From assembly GCA_030141605.1 (NCBI GenBank), contig JAQGDQ010000052.1:760700-824699 (forward strand): a stretch of DNA of 64,000 nucleotides, written 5' to 3'. Below the pieces are notes generated by a model. That model saw only the letters and a program-made list of their open reading frames with translations, was not told where the DNA came from and did no database searches. Origin of the DNA: Tubiluchus corallicola (taxonomy: Eukaryota; Animalia; Priapulida). Position numbers and translations under genes: made by a program. Position 1 is the stretch's first letter. Each line of letters opens with the position of its first letter. This document shows positions 11,189 through 25,812 of this stretch, one piece after another.

Positions 11189-11978
11189 CTAGCAAAGGCC
11201 CCGCAAAAGATTTTGCGTATAAATACACGTGTAATCAATAATACGCTAACATCCTACATAGTCCTCATGTATAACACAAAGCCCGTAACATCATGCCTAC
11301 TGTTTGTTTAGCTAACGCAAAGCCTGTAGCTTTTACTGAATTAAAGCTATAAGATTATAGACAGAGTACAATGGATGACGTCACTACAATGGCATGCGTC
11401 AACAGTTTTCTAAGCGAAAATTGCCGAAAATAGAACATGTAGTTAACTCGTCCCTACTCCTCTCGGTGGACCTACCCTAAAATATAGCCCACATCACCGT
11501 GTAGCACTGTTCTTCCTCTTTCTGACGAGCCGTATATCTCCTCCGAGAGTCCCACCGGGCGCCGCTAGAACGTTTTTCCCGCAGGCTGTTTGGTCAAAAT
11601 TCCGAAAAAATCGCGAGTTGGGTCCGGGAAAACGCCCTTTGCGGGACGCCGTGGCCCTCTCGGGAATTCTAAATATGCCTACTAGACCCACCGCTGAACG
11701 GGCTATCTATCCATACCCAGCACCTCCCTCGGCCCGTTCCCGTTCTCTACATCTCAGCCGTATAACTTTTGCAAAAAACGGCCGAAAAATGGCCATTTTT
11801 GGAGGTTTTTGCCCCCCTTCCTTCCGTTGGGCCCAATTCGAAAAATAAGCCCCCAATGGCACGACACTAGATCGAGACCTTTCGTTTGATGTGTAGGTCG
11901 CCGCAAATGGTGCCATCGTCCGAGCTGTAGCCTCGAATCTTATATATATATATACCAAGAATTTTAATATATAGAAGA
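11189..11978 (-). mobile_element. Non-autonomous Helitron, long copy in tandem with the short one
   Basis: Same 3' hairpin plus CTAG, 5' TCTTCTATATATT; shares both ends with 10816-11180. Confidence 0.8.
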
Positions 11979-12419
11979 TAGCATAACGCTGAGTTTTAAC
12001 ATTATTGTTTTGAAATTCTTAATATTGCAAGAAAGACATCGATTTATTATAATATACTCCTCAACAATCAACGTTTTTTACTACTTTTTATTAGAAAATA
12101 GCAACGTTTCTAGGGCATACTATCAGTCATTATCACATACGAAAAAACATTTAAATAATGTACTAACAACTGGTATTATCACATGTTACTGATAGTAGTT
12201 CTTAGCGTATGATTTAATACTTGTTCGGTATTCCGGCCCCTACTGGTCAATGAAAAAAACCGATTTCCACAAGGCATTTGCCAGCACGATATGGTTACAG
12301 GACGACAGGATTATCTTTCATATACAACCCAATTTTCAAATTCGATCAAAAGTATACATTTTCGCACATTTAATACTGCAACAGCGTTTCTGATAATTAA
12401 ATTATAGATGAAAGATTAT

Positions 12420-12860
12420 TTAACGGCGGGCGAGCCCAACTATTGATGACATCACGAACTAACATAATTTTCAACAGCAAAAATATTCCCTGAGCGTGTT
12501 GCGAAAACGAAAATTGAAGTACAGTACTGCAAGATATTCATTGTGTTGTACTAAAACTAGGCAAGTTTTAAGATAAAATTTCAAATTTCAAATTTACCAC
12601 TGTACTCATGCATGAGCTGTCGAACGTGTGTAATTTGTCAGAAACTAATACATCTGAAATAAGAGGTACAGTACCTGTTTTTTGTGCAGTGCGTTTTCGA
12701 AATGCAGGCGTTACTGCCTGTCTAACTAGCGAATGGCAAAATGCATGTATAACAGCGAAGAACTAGAGGCGAGAACGTGCACTCGTGTTTGTGTGGTAAT
12801 AATTCTTTCACGTAAGTCAGTTTTGAAAAAAATAGTATGTTTACTTCCAATATTTTGCTT
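12420..12860. repeat. Dispersed ~440-bp repeat, second copy at 58326-58772
   Basis: TAACGGCGGGCGAGCCCAA...AACTAGCGAATGGCAAAATGCATG...TCAATATTTT is collinear in both copies. Confidence 0.85.
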
Positions 12861-13616
12861 TAATTGGTCTACTTTGGGAGCGCCATCAACCTGTCTTAAA
12901 TGGTCTAAACTTGTTTGCTAAACTAGCCAACCACGAGATCCGTCGTCTCTGTGATATCATAATTTTACGTAACCGATTTATTTGCGAGAATTGAATATGA
13001 GACTAACAACAAACGGGCAAGCAATACTAGTATTTATTTAGCACAGTGCAAAAACATTATACTGGAGCCTAAATCTCCACACCTTTATTCTTTCTTCAAA
13101 TCAAACGAAAAAATTTTATTAAAAAATAGTGTTTTATGATATTTCTGTTTTATAACAGACATTGTTCACAAAGTGTTACCAGAAAGTAGTGTCAGGGAAA
13201 TTTTTTTATTCAAAAACTGAAACCTATATAGTACTTTACGCCTAATCATCTATACATTTTACGTTGTTTTGTCAATTATCTTCACACTAACAGACAAACC
13301 TGAGCATAAAGTAATTCAAAAAATATCGTTGTTGTGAGTGTACTGTAACTGTGCCTGCCAGAATGGCATGCGTTTCAATGTCACCTTGGATTGAGAAACA
13401 ATTTCACAACTTCAAATAACAAGAAACTCTTCGTGTCACTATTGTCGTATTTTCAGATCAGCCGAATAATTTCCTCGCAATTGGCTCTGTCAGTACCTCC
13501 AGCAGCTTGCACCGCTTCTTTTTTAGTTCATATAAAATTATATATCGTCTTGTGTGTTTTAAGTTTCTTGCTCTTCCTTATTTTACCATGTTTTATACCA
13601 GTGATTTAATATCTCG

Positions 13617-13929
13617 TTTTTGTGTTTCTTTCTGTCGGAAGGCTCGTAGAGAAAACAAGAAAACACGTTGTCAAATTGAACAGGTTTATTGTGTGAGAAT
13701 TCCACAACACAAATTATGAAGGAACGGGAAATACGTACAGACAAGTGATAGGAAAACAGCGTACTATAATCAGAGAATCTGAGATTAATCTGAGAATATG
13801 AGAACAAACTTGAGCGGCCACTCCGCCTTAGGAACTACTACGCGCATTTCGTATAGAAAGTTCTCGAATCTTCAACAAGGTAAGAAGATTGTTCCACCAT
13901 ACTGTAGAATATTCCAGACGTCCACAACA
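13617..13929 (-). mobile_element. Solo LTR (Gypsy-like, 4-bp TSD)
   Basis: CTCG on both flanks (13613-13616 and 13930-13933); CCACAACA end; related to 95-463. Confidence 0.65.
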
Positions 13930-13999
13930 CTCGTCTAAATGGCTCTAATAGTCTGACAGTCTGTTCAAATCTGAGTATAAACTCGAAATTCATGTTTTG

Positions 14000-14575
14000 A
14001 TTACTGATGTTCCTAGAGCACATAAGGAGACCTACGCAAAATTTCGTCTTAGCGCGCATAGATTACAAATTGTAGCTGGTCGATATACCAGACCTAAAAC
14101 ACTTGCTGATATGAAAAAATGTATTTTATGTAAGAATGAATTAGGGAAGAAGAATTTCACTTTAGTTTGCAATTTAATGTTTATTGTCAAGAAAAGACTG
14201 CGTTCTTAAATCAAATATCACATATTTTTCTAGAATTGCCATCCATGTGCTATATTGATAAGTGTATTTTTAAACAAAAGTGGAGATGTGGAAGTTAAGA
14301 AATTTCTGATTAACTATGTACAAAAAATTTCAACAATACGTGATTTTAAATTAAGAAGTATGAATTAATTTTGTTAAGAATTAATGTATTCAATCAGCAC
14401 TGTGATATATATGTAGATGTGTTTGTTATAAATTATGGCATTTTTTTAATCAACTACGCTTAAAAAGAGCCCTGTATTTGTAGGGAGTGTTCCTGTATGG
14501 TTGTTTATTTAAGTGTATGATTTGTTAATTGCACTTGTGTTTACGTTTGTAAAATAAAGCGTTTATTATTATTTA
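14000..14575 (+). mobile_element. Decayed 3' end of a non-LTR retrotransposon (RTE-X-like)
   Basis: FRLSAHRLQIVAGRYTRPK..CILC motif; AATAAA plus (TTA)n tail; a similar tail occurs at ~40840-40963. Confidence 0.65.
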
Positions 14576-17500
14576 ATAAAATCTCTGTAGATGCCTTCTG
14601 CAATCGTAGCGGATCTGGTTTGTAGATCTTGCTTGTCATTCATCACATCGTTTTCACATCCTGCAAGAGTCACTTTTTAATTAATGTTTTCTAGTCACAA
14701 ATAGTTGTTTTAATAGGCTGAGTGTCGTCGGTAAATTTAACATTCACTCATTCGCAAAAATGCAGTACTACAGTGTTTCCATAGATTGTCGTGAAAGTTA
14801 ACATCGTCTTGTGTCAGTAGATCATGCGGGTTATAGCTTACCAACGCAAAGTGTTGCTTTTCAACTTCTATGTGTTGTCCGGGCTGTGGGACATCTTTAA
14901 AACAATGAGCTACTATTAAAATAAGTGCGTCGTTAACGAGGAAAATCCTGAACCAAGAATAACATCTCCAGTCATAAATACATAATGCCTCAAGACCCAT
15001 TTCAGTAACCATGCATTCTTTCCGTTACTGATTTTGGGTTGAGCAGGCTGCCCTTCGTCTAGTACCCAAAACTGTAGGTCAGGACGACAACAGAGTCTTT
15101 TTCTGGGAGTTATGGAGGGTCCAACTGTATGTACATCCTTCTCATTAAAATACAAAATTAAGCTAATCATTGTTAATAAACATTAATAAATAATAATTAA
15201 CATTTTTGTTATTGCTCCCTTCTCTGCTGTAATTAATCTTCCAAACTTTAAAATAATGTATTTGCGACATTAAAAATCCATACGTTTTTATAAGGCTTAT
15301 AAAGGTGGGGGTTACGGTAGGTTTGGTACTACCTGAAACGGATCACGTACTGGAAAAGTTTGAGAAACACTGGCTTAGTAGCTGTAGCAAATAGGTCTTC
15401 TGTAGATAGTCGTGCGTCAAAGCAGGACAAGGTTGTACTAGACTCAGTTTGGCGCACACCAGGAAGTACACTAGGTATATTTGAAAATTGGTATATACAA
15501 ACTGCAGATAAATATTGACGCAAAGATCATACTAATCCATTATCTAAAATACTTAGTTTATGTTACACAATATCTCTTCTATACGTATGATCTTACGTAT
15601 GATTAATTTCTGTGATTAATATTAAAGTTGAACTGATTTCTTATGTTAAATCCAAAAAATTTGGATGTTTCCATTTTTGTTTTGAAATTTGGTCAACTCC
15701 CACGTAGAGCTATTATTACTGCTTGGTCACTGCCTGGGATTTTTCATAAATGGCCCGTTAAGTACTATTTCGCTCGACTAGGAACTTAATTGGTGACTAA
15801 GAATTTAACTTCATTTATCTTATAATAATGTATCTTTTATATTGAGCGCGATCGCGCAAAATGAAAAAATTACATTATATAATATTAAAGCTTTGTAAAC
15901 CACGATTGTACAAAAAGACTGGAAAAGCTGCAAACCTACAACTTAATTTTGAGCTGTTTCTATGCCACCTTCTCTATATACTATCTAAAGGCTGCAAAGG
16001 CTGCAGATGCCTGTATAGGATCTCCAGATTTGTGGGAAAGGCGGATTTACGTTTAATCTGGAGCATGCATGCAGGACAGATTAAGCTCAAGTACTGCGAT
16101 TGAAAGGCTGGACGTGCACGGATTGTTTTCCCTGTGCTGAAGAGGGTCTCGATGGCCAAACATGAGGGCCATCATCGTCTATTGTTATGGCTTTATGACG
16201 GCTCTTGTACTTCATTGTGCCAGTCTTCTCGTCATTATGTGCGAAAAGGTGGAGTAATCTTCATTTAATGGTGGCAAAGTTGGTGTATTATGTTTGAAGA
16301 GGCTTGAGAGCCCGGAAAGATTTAAACTTCATTTGAAGAGCAGATGCACAGCACTTCGCCGGATTTATTAGCATCTAAAGTAGTGTAGAACTTGGAAAAA
16401 AGAATGATAATGTTTCTTTTCGGATAACGTGCCTCCTGCACTTACATCATGTTGTACGGGAGTTCATAAACTCAAACTACTCCTTGAGAGGAGACCTGAT
16501 CCTAAAAATTCCACTCGTAACAACTATCAAATACGCTTTGCATTCGTTTCAGTACAAATAAACGATCAAAAGCGTGGAACGAGTTAAAAATGATGCAACA
16601 ATTTTCTCCATGCTTAATAAATGTCTTTGTAAATAAAACAAGAAATGGGTGATTTATTTTTGCCTTTCATGTGCTGGTTTGAGATGAATTACTTGTTGCA
16701 ATAAGTATTCTGTAATTTTTACGTTTTATCGTCAATAGACTCAACTCAGTACTATTTCACACTTAACGGAACGTAGCTATTTTATTCAAATTGTAAATAG
16801 GCTTAGATACATGTCATTGTGCTCGCACCTGTAAGATTTTTTTCGTTATAATAGTTGTCATTTCAGTCAGTGATAATAGTTCCTGTGTGAACTAATGTTT
16901 TATGCAACTAAAAATGGCTACATTTTTAAATAAACTACTTACATATTCGTTGGTGGCTCGAAACACGGATTATGTTTCGGCCACTGATGTGACTTTTCTG
17001 GTTTGTTAGTGCTCTTAAAATCGGTTCTCCCTGTTACCTTCAACTATCATTCCGCCGATCGATATTGGTGCTCGGCAAAAATGGCACAAGAAAAAAGGGC
17101 ACAAATGGGAAAAATATTGTGTGCAAATGGAAAAAATATTGTCTGTGTTTGTTTAATCAGTTATAATTCTCGCCTGAAAGTCCTACAGTGGCGTTTCCAA
17201 ATTTTTCTTTGCTCCTACCTGGTCCTACCTACCCACCTACAGAACCAAAATAAATCCAGTACGTCTCTGTCACCTATTAGTATTGGTTAACGATCCACTG
17301 CTCGCCAATATAATTTTTCATAAGGTAATGCAACTGAAGAATATTTTGGTTTTATATCAATGAAAAAAAATCTGTTTTAATTTATATTTACCTGCTACAA
17401 TTTAATTAAAGAACAATACCGGCTCCGATTCGTTTATTTACAAATGAAAACGGTTTATTTACAAGACGCATTCACGATAAGTGTTGCATAATTTACAATG

Positions 17501-19979
17501 AAACATAAAAAAACAACATCGAGAATTAAAAACATGAAATGCAAACCCGTATCAGTTAAACCGATGATTGCAAATAGATGCAATTTAGTGGAATATAAAA
17601 CAACTATGAAATATCGAAACAACTGAAATTAACAAAACTAACAAATCAAAAACTTTCGGGAACCAAGTGTAGACTGTAAAATTCTGTAGACTACAAAAAT
17701 ACAAAAAAAAAATCAACGAAACAAACAAACCAAAAACATCGTAAAGAGTGTCATTAAATGATGGAATATCAAAAATGTTAAAATTTAATGAAATATCTAC
17801 AGAGTACAATGGAAAAATAAGCAGGAGCGGTGCAACGTTAAACGTTGCGGTAGATATTTGTCCACAGATCTAATTGCTATTTAAAAGTCTGTGATTGCAG
17901 ATGAAGAAAATATTATTATTATTATTATTTTGAATAAACGAACAATATTTCTGGGCATAAAAGTTAGGTATGATTTATACTTTAATGATGTGAATTGTGA
18001 AGAAATATTACTTATAAACCTTTTAAGGATGAGAGAGGAAACCAAATTCGACAGCTACAAGATGCATACCGCTAACAAAATTATGGAGATCAAGATTTAG
18101 CTTATCTTAGCTATTATCAAAAATGATTCCACGAAAAGAGACATGAAGACGAGAAAACTAGCCTCTTTGCAACATCCAGGTACATGTATATACATGTAAA
18201 TAATAGTGATGTAATTATTGCAAATATGATATCAATGCAAAAGTTAATTCTAGAATACTCCTGTGGAGTTTCATCACGATCCATTGAGAATTCACAGATC
18301 CTTGGGTTTTTTCTAAACGATCTTCCCCTAGCAACAAGCAAAACAACAACTACATGCAGGTGAGTAGCAATTGACATGACCCCTCCATCAAAAACACGAT
18401 GCCGGCTCATACGCGTGCGTGCCTTGTTTATGTGGAATTTATGCGGATGCGGATGCGTTTTCCACTGCGGAACAGCCAAAAAATCTAAAGAAGCAGCTGA
18501 AAAAAAGAATAACGCATACGCAGGCTGCATTGAAAACAATATAAACCATAATTATCTATTCCACACACCCCAAACCGCATCCGCCTTCGCATGCTAAATT
18601 AACGCGACTTTAGACTCCAAACTGGCGCGAATATTTAAAAAATTTCACGGCCACTAAATTTGCGACACTAACATCCAGCTAACGGGTCTCGCCAACCGTG
18701 GGACAGATATGTAAACCCTCCACGACCAACGCACACACCGACGTGGATCCAACGTCTACGAATAACACGTAACTATTGTCTACAACCTGGGAAGAAGATG
18801 AGAAGCCCAGAATTCTGCATCGACTGAGGAATCTTTCTTCGCAAAATCTTATTTCAAATTATTATTTGCGTTATACCTGTACAAGATAAATAAAAGATTG
18901 TGTTATTATGTTGTGTTAAGTCACTTTACCTGACGTATTGTTCATATACTTTTCTTTTTCAATTTGCTTAATATTGTAAATGAAGGACTCTCCTAAGACA
19001 TGTGATCCTGTCCACACTTTTATGTTTGCTTTTAGGTAAAATTCCTAAATTGTGTGTTTTTTACATTTTATTTGACGGCACTAGACTCGGTCTCTTGTAT
19101 TAAAGCTTCATTGTTTATAGGCAATGCTGCTTTATATACCATAAAAGTAAATGTGTCTCAACTCAAAAATAAATGGTATCGTGTAGACAGTTAGTTCCTT
19201 CTGATATTTGAAAACTGGATGATATTCTTGTTATCAAAAGTAGTGGCTAGAGACACAACTAATAGGTCGATGATTAACCTACATTCCTTGATAACAATCT
19301 TACTAAAGACTAAGTGCGTTTGTATGTCAGATATCGTTTTTTTAAGAAATTTTCTAACTCTACGTGTTTCACTATTTGCATAATGTAATAATTTATCAGC
19401 ACTTTTGTAGGTTTTCTCTGTATCTTGCTGAACTTTTACACTGCCTATAGCATAATTAGGCATTATTAATTATTAATAATTAATAATTTGCGGGTCTTAG
19501 GTACGGCTGCTTTTGCCGAACTTCGTGTTCTATGTACGCGTTAGCCGTTTTTCTAAAATTGGAAAGTGCAGTGATCTAATACTACGTGTGATAAAATGAC
19601 ATACTGGCTTATATTTGTTATTTTATATATTTTACCGTGTTTGTTAAATGGTAAGTTTATCGCGAAATAGCAAAAGCAATGTTGCACAATTTTTAGCATA
19701 CGTTAGCAAAGACACCATGTTTACATCAATAATTAGCCCAAGCTATACACTTGTGATTGAAAAATGCAATATAATTCGTGTTATAATGAGATATAATGTG
19801 ATTACCTATGAGCAAGTTAAGTACAGAACTATTGCAATTAGATGCTGTTTCAGACTACCATGGGAAGAATTTCAGTTTTGAGCCAAATGTCACAATTGAG
19901 TGCAATATTATGCAGCATGCTGTAAGTAGTATGCTATTTATAAAAAAACAACAACACACATTTAACTTTATTTTTTTAG

Positions 19980-20120
19980 CGGAACCCTTGGAAGAATCGC
20001 CAATAACTTGTTCATTCGACGATCATCTTTGCGGGTATGACACTTCAGTACATAATGGGTTAGAATGGCAGTGGACTCAGCCTGATGTTGTAAAAAGATG
20101 TGGTGCGAGTATTCACGAAG
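19980..20120 (+). CDS. MAM-domain gene, exon encoding the domain N-terminus
   Basis: TTTTTTTAG acceptor, G|GTAAG donor, phase 1-1; ITCSFDDHLCGY....EWQW matches the MAM CxFD..CGW/Y..W pattern. Confidence 0.7.
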
Positions 20121-20459
20121 GTAAGCTTACTGATCGTTTTTTAATAATGGTCGTTTTCTTGATTTCGTTGTACGTAAATGTACCCATTTTACATTTTACA
20201 TTAGCCTAGTGTAGATTTGTTAATCCCTCTATGACTGTTTTTGGATACCTAATATTATGGCATTAATATAAAAGTGCTGCCGATTTGGGTTTGTTGTTCA
20301 TCTTCAGTGAGGAGTTTCAAAATTATTGTTGAACAATATAATGACAATCGTAACCGAATGTACATTAAATTTATAAAGCCGCTTATGTGAGTTGTTGTAA
20401 CTGAAACTTTTTTCCACCTGTTGCGTTGTAGATGTGATAGTGCGATTGATGCTGATAAG

Positions 20460-20651
<192 letters not shown>

Positions 20652-21155
20652 AAAGTATGAACTAATGAAGCAAAATATCAGATACATACGAAGTTCCACA
20701 CAAACTGCTTTGTCAGGCAGGCGATACAGGCGATAGACCCAAAGTAAAATCGTTCTTAGTTTATCCACATAATCTGGTATTGGTAATGTGAGCGGTACAT
20801 AAACCTAATCAGATGTGAGCTGTTTTTTTCAAAAGTATTTTCCGTGTTAACTCTGCACGCACGATGTAGCATGATCCGACGAACTAAAGACACTGGTGGC
20901 GGGCTCACATTATTAAAATCATCCACAAAGCAAAATTAATTACAGATATTGGAGAATTGCTAATGACATTGTTAAAAAGCTCAAGCTTCTCGAGGCTGAT
21001 TTGTACAATTTTCAAGCAGTACCTGTTTTTATTATCGTATTGTTATTATCATTATGTATACAGTTTAATTAATGTTTTGTGTTGCAAATCAGCTAAATGA
21101 AAAATTATTGAATTGAATTGAATTGAACAAAAATGATTTAGTCGATCTAAAGCAC

Positions 21156-21550
<395 letters not shown>

Positions 21551-22388
21551 TAATTTTTGTTATTTCAAAATTTAAAAAACTATTTACATTTCCTTGCTTT
21601 TACCAATAATTAAGTTGGAGATCTAGGAAGAGCACGGGATAAAAACACGTCATTCTGATTAATCATAATAAGGTTACTGTCATTTTCCTCTTAGCAGATT
21701 TTTATTGAGAATATTCATGCATTGGACATTTATTTGTGCTATTTTTTCCTGCTCATAAGGTACTCACAAGGTAACGTTTCGTCAACAACTTAATAACGCA
21801 TTAATTTTTAGTTCTTCGATATCTGGGGAGCTAACTATATACGCGCATTATGCATTCAATTAATACACAGTGAATTAACAATTATATCGCTAGAAACGAG
21901 AAAAGCTGCGTATTCAGTCACCGTGTGTGCTTGATGAAGTAATACCGGACTTTGTCGGTAAAAGGATGTGTGAATGCCGCGCAAAGCTGTTAAAATTCAC
22001 GATGATATTATTCTGGTATCATAACTGATGGTTGCTTTACGGTAACATAAAAGATTTAATGTAAATCTAAACATTTTCATTTGTTTATCACCGAAAACTA
22101 CAAGATACATTAAAATGTTTAACTTGTCTATGTAAATATATCTCTTTCTGTTAGCTCATACATTTTGGTTTGACCCAGCTAACCATGCGTACGTTGTCGC
22201 TAATTGATGGCAGAGTGAGGTCCTGTCGCTTCAGGGTGTACTTGGTGTCGTAAACTTCGTCGATTTCTTTGAGTTAAGCTCCTGATCACAACTTGTTTTT
22301 AACGTGTCAGTTTAAGATAAATGCTGTAGTGAAATGTTGTATCGCAGGTTAAGATTTTCATATTCTCCATGCAGGAAGCTTTGAGAAT

Positions 22389-22698
22389 ATGGGCTCATCT
22401 TCTAAATGGATCAAATTGAAGGCGCAATTGTGTGCAAGTGTGAACAATGTGAACAATGTGAACAATGTGAACAATGTGAACAATGTGAACAAAAACCAGA
22501 CCCTGCGTTTCATATCCTCATTAAATAAGTTAAAGAAACCAGGAGTTGTGTGCATATGTGTTATTTTCACCGTGGCGCTTTACAATATTCAGTTCACTGA
22601 AAATCGACAGCCAAATCCTGGTCATCCGTTTCATTTGATCAAAGAAAAAGAAATAGACCAACGATCGAGTCGCAATCATGGGGTTTTGATTATAGTAG
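22389..22698 (+). CDS. Carbohydrate sulfotransferase (CHST1/GlcNAc6ST-like), exon 1: cytoplasmic tail, TM and stem
   Basis: ATG at 22389; hydrophobic GVVCICVIFTVALY; ends HGVLIIV-G|GTAAG in phase 1, and joining to exon 2 gives VLIIVAYQRSGSSLLGE. Confidence 0.8.
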
Positions 22699-22779
22699 GT
22701 AAGATATTTTAATAAAATAAAAATGGTTAACTAGACAAACCTAGCAAAAAGAATTTTGGATTAAACTCACAACAACAAT

Positions 22780-23370
22780 CCACACTACACCACACCACCA
22801 ACACGACACCACACAACCACCCGCTATCCCACTCGCAACACAGCACCCACACACCACCACACCAACAACACGACACCACACCACCAACACGACACCACAC
22901 AACCACCCGCTGTCCAACTCACAACACAGCACCCACACCACACCACACCAACTCGTCGCACCACACAACCACCCTCTATCCAACTCACAACACAGCACCC
23001 ACACCACACCACACCAACTCGTCGCACCACACAACCACCCTGTATCCCACTCACAACACAGCACCCACACAACACCAACCCGTCGCACCACTTGCAATAC
23101 ACCACCCACACCACACCACACCATACCATATCACTACACTGCCCACACCCTACCGCCCCACCACATTTTCCACACCACATCATCAATACCATACCACCCA
23201 GACAACACTACACCACACCCATCACACCATACCACCAACACCACACCATCTACAGCATAACAACCACAACACACTACCACCACCACCACCACACCACACA
23301 ACACCCACTGCACAGCACACTAACCACACCCACTACGCCATACAACACCACGCCAAACCCACCACGTCAC
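22780..23370. repeat. CA-rich low-complexity tract with ~63-bp degenerate units (CHST intron)
   Basis: Recurrent CACCACACAACCACCC..CTCACAACACAGCACCCACAC. Confidence 0.9.
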
Positions 23371-24276
23371 ATGATCATTATAATGATGACGATGGCAACG
23401 ACGATAATGGAAAGCTGTAATACGAAAATGTTAAATTTGATTCTATGCCTGTATTTAGGACAAGGTTGTAGAAAATGACAGTTTCAAGCCAACTTAGCAC
23501 ATATAGGCACTAAGAAAATTGGTTTTCATTAAAATCTTAGTCAGTATTATTTTATGCAAATCTTTAGTTTATTATTGCATCTTAATCATAATAATTTCTT
23601 ATTTCATATTTTATTTGCACTTTGTAAATATAAATGGCAAAGCCTAATGCTTATGCTTTTCGTTCTTTGCTTCTTAGCAAAAATAACGTTATGGTATTGC
23701 TCATGTATAATTAGAAATAAAAAAAATGTTTTTCTAACTACGGTTTTACTTAACTTAATCAGTCCGCTTCTAAAGTGAAATATTTCAACACATGCAAACG
23801 GCAGGTGCCTCCTTGTTTTGTTAGTAAAAATACAAATAATATATGCTTTAAATGGTTTTTAGAACCGTTGTATTTGTATTTTTATTATGTACCATTCTGC
23901 TATTGTACTGTGGATTTTACATGAAAATTGTTTTACGTAAATCCGTATGCAAGCTGTATTGTTCGATATGTAACACCTAATTAACAATGGTTATGGCAAA
24001 GCGACTACAGTACTGGCTTTTCCTATTCAGCAGGTGTTAAACGCGTTAGTTTCGTGCTGCATTAAGCAACAAACGAAATATTCATTAGGGTAGGTTCGGG
24101 CTAATAACTTTGCTCAGCGACGCCGCCTTTGTTAAAAGTTAATCCATTATTGGCCAGTTTCGCGGTTTTCATATGAAGCCATATGAATCAGACGCAAAAG
24201 TGTTTTATTGCTATATTAATATTATTATATAGTTTAAGGTATTATAAAATTCATCATAAATTTTAAATCTTTTTAG

Positions 24277-25223
24277 CTTATCAGAGAAGTGGCTCAAGTC
24301 TTTTGGGTGAAATTTTTAACAACCATCCTGACGTGATGTACGTGTTTGAACCATTGAAGATGATCGACAGTTTTCAAAAACCGTCTGTGGAAGTGATGCC
24401 ATGGAAGACAAGAAGAAGCCATAAACATGAAAGCATTACAGCGCAAAGTGTAGGAATATTAAAAAACTTGTCACATTGCGATTACACAGATGTGGTCGAA
24501 ATGAACAAACCGCCAAAAATACTAAAAATGCGGCATTGGCAGAGGTTTTTGGGTCGGAGCAAAGCAATGACCTCCGAGACTGGATGTGATGATGATGTTG
24601 ATCAGTTACGAGCAAAGAAATGCGGCGCAAAAGTATTAGAACTCAGCAAACATTCATTCGATAGTTTATGCAGGCGTCGTAGACTAACAGTGATCAAGAC
24701 AGTTCGTTTGCATGTAGTCGATCTGCTTCCCATGTTCAAGGAACCACTAATTACGAAAGTCATCTACCTGGCACGAGACCCAAGAGCAGTTTTTGCATCA
24801 AGAAAGACGATAGGGTGGTTCCGGAAACGGCAAGTGAATGAACTCTGCACTGATATGATGGAAAATTATTTTAGCGCGAAGAATGCCAACATTCACGAAT
24901 CAAATCTCTTATTCGTGAAATATGAAGAACTCGTAGAAAACTTTAAGTCGTCAGTCGAGAAAATATTCAACTTTACTGGTCTGTCTGTTGATAAAAACAT
25001 TTTTAAGTACTTAGAAAATGTGGCAGAAGGAAAAGGATACAAATTTGACGATAAAGCAAATGCTGTGGCTGCTGTTCCTCGTTGGAAACTTTCTACATTA
25101 AGAAATGATCCCAGTTCTCATATAGACAAATGGAAAACAACATTAAGTAAAGATGAAGTTAAACTAATCGAGTCAAAATGTTCGGATTACTTGCAAGCAG
25201 TGGGTTATGGTAACTTTACATAA
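24277..25223 (+). CDS. Carbohydrate sulfotransferase, exon 2 (catalytic domain); whole protein ~418 aa
   Basis: TTTTTAG acceptor; 5'-PSB RSGSSLLGEIFNNHPDVMYVFEP, VIKTVR, 3'-PB YLARDPRAVFASR, VKYEEL, KWK, C-terminal C...L...GY; stop TAA. Confidence 0.93.
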
Positions 25224-25721
25224 TGTTTGACAGGCGATAGCATTTATGGGTGATATTATCCCCTGCTTGTTGAAATCTGTAACTTCTTACTTTCCATGGT
25301 TTGGCTTAACGTTCCTTATTTTGGCCTAATAGTTTGTGTCGCAGCGAGAAGTTACAATAGTGTCATGAGTGAAACATTATTTTACACAGTGTTCCGGGTT
25401 TGGCTGACTCTTAAAGAATGCGTCTGCGGGTAAGCTAACAACAAGTTCAAAGACATAATGTTACAACGTAGATTGGTTTTCAGTACTGCTAACATGCAGC
25501 TGTTTCGTAAATTACGAAGTGTCACACACCAAATGATCCTTCGTGATCTTTCGCACAAATGAAACCAAAGAAAATATCGACAAAACCACGAGAAAGAGCC
25601 ATTAATCTTAGTAAAAAAGTCTTACTATCTCTCACTCACTCACTCACTCACTCAATCTCTCTCTCTCTCTCTTCGTTTTAATATGTAATTCAATAAAAGC
25701 TGCTGAAGGCTTTGCGTCAAG

Positions 25722-25742
25722 AGAGAGAGAGAGCGAGAAAGC

Positions 25743-25808
<66 letters not shown>
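25722..25808. repeat. (AG)n microsatellite
   Basis: Direct reading. Confidence 0.97.

Positions 25809-25812
<4 letters not shown>

Noticed and set aside
19854-19921. Small upstream exon for the MAM gene (GTAAGT donor at 19922)
   Set aside because: The frame compatible with the 19980 acceptor contains two TGA stops.
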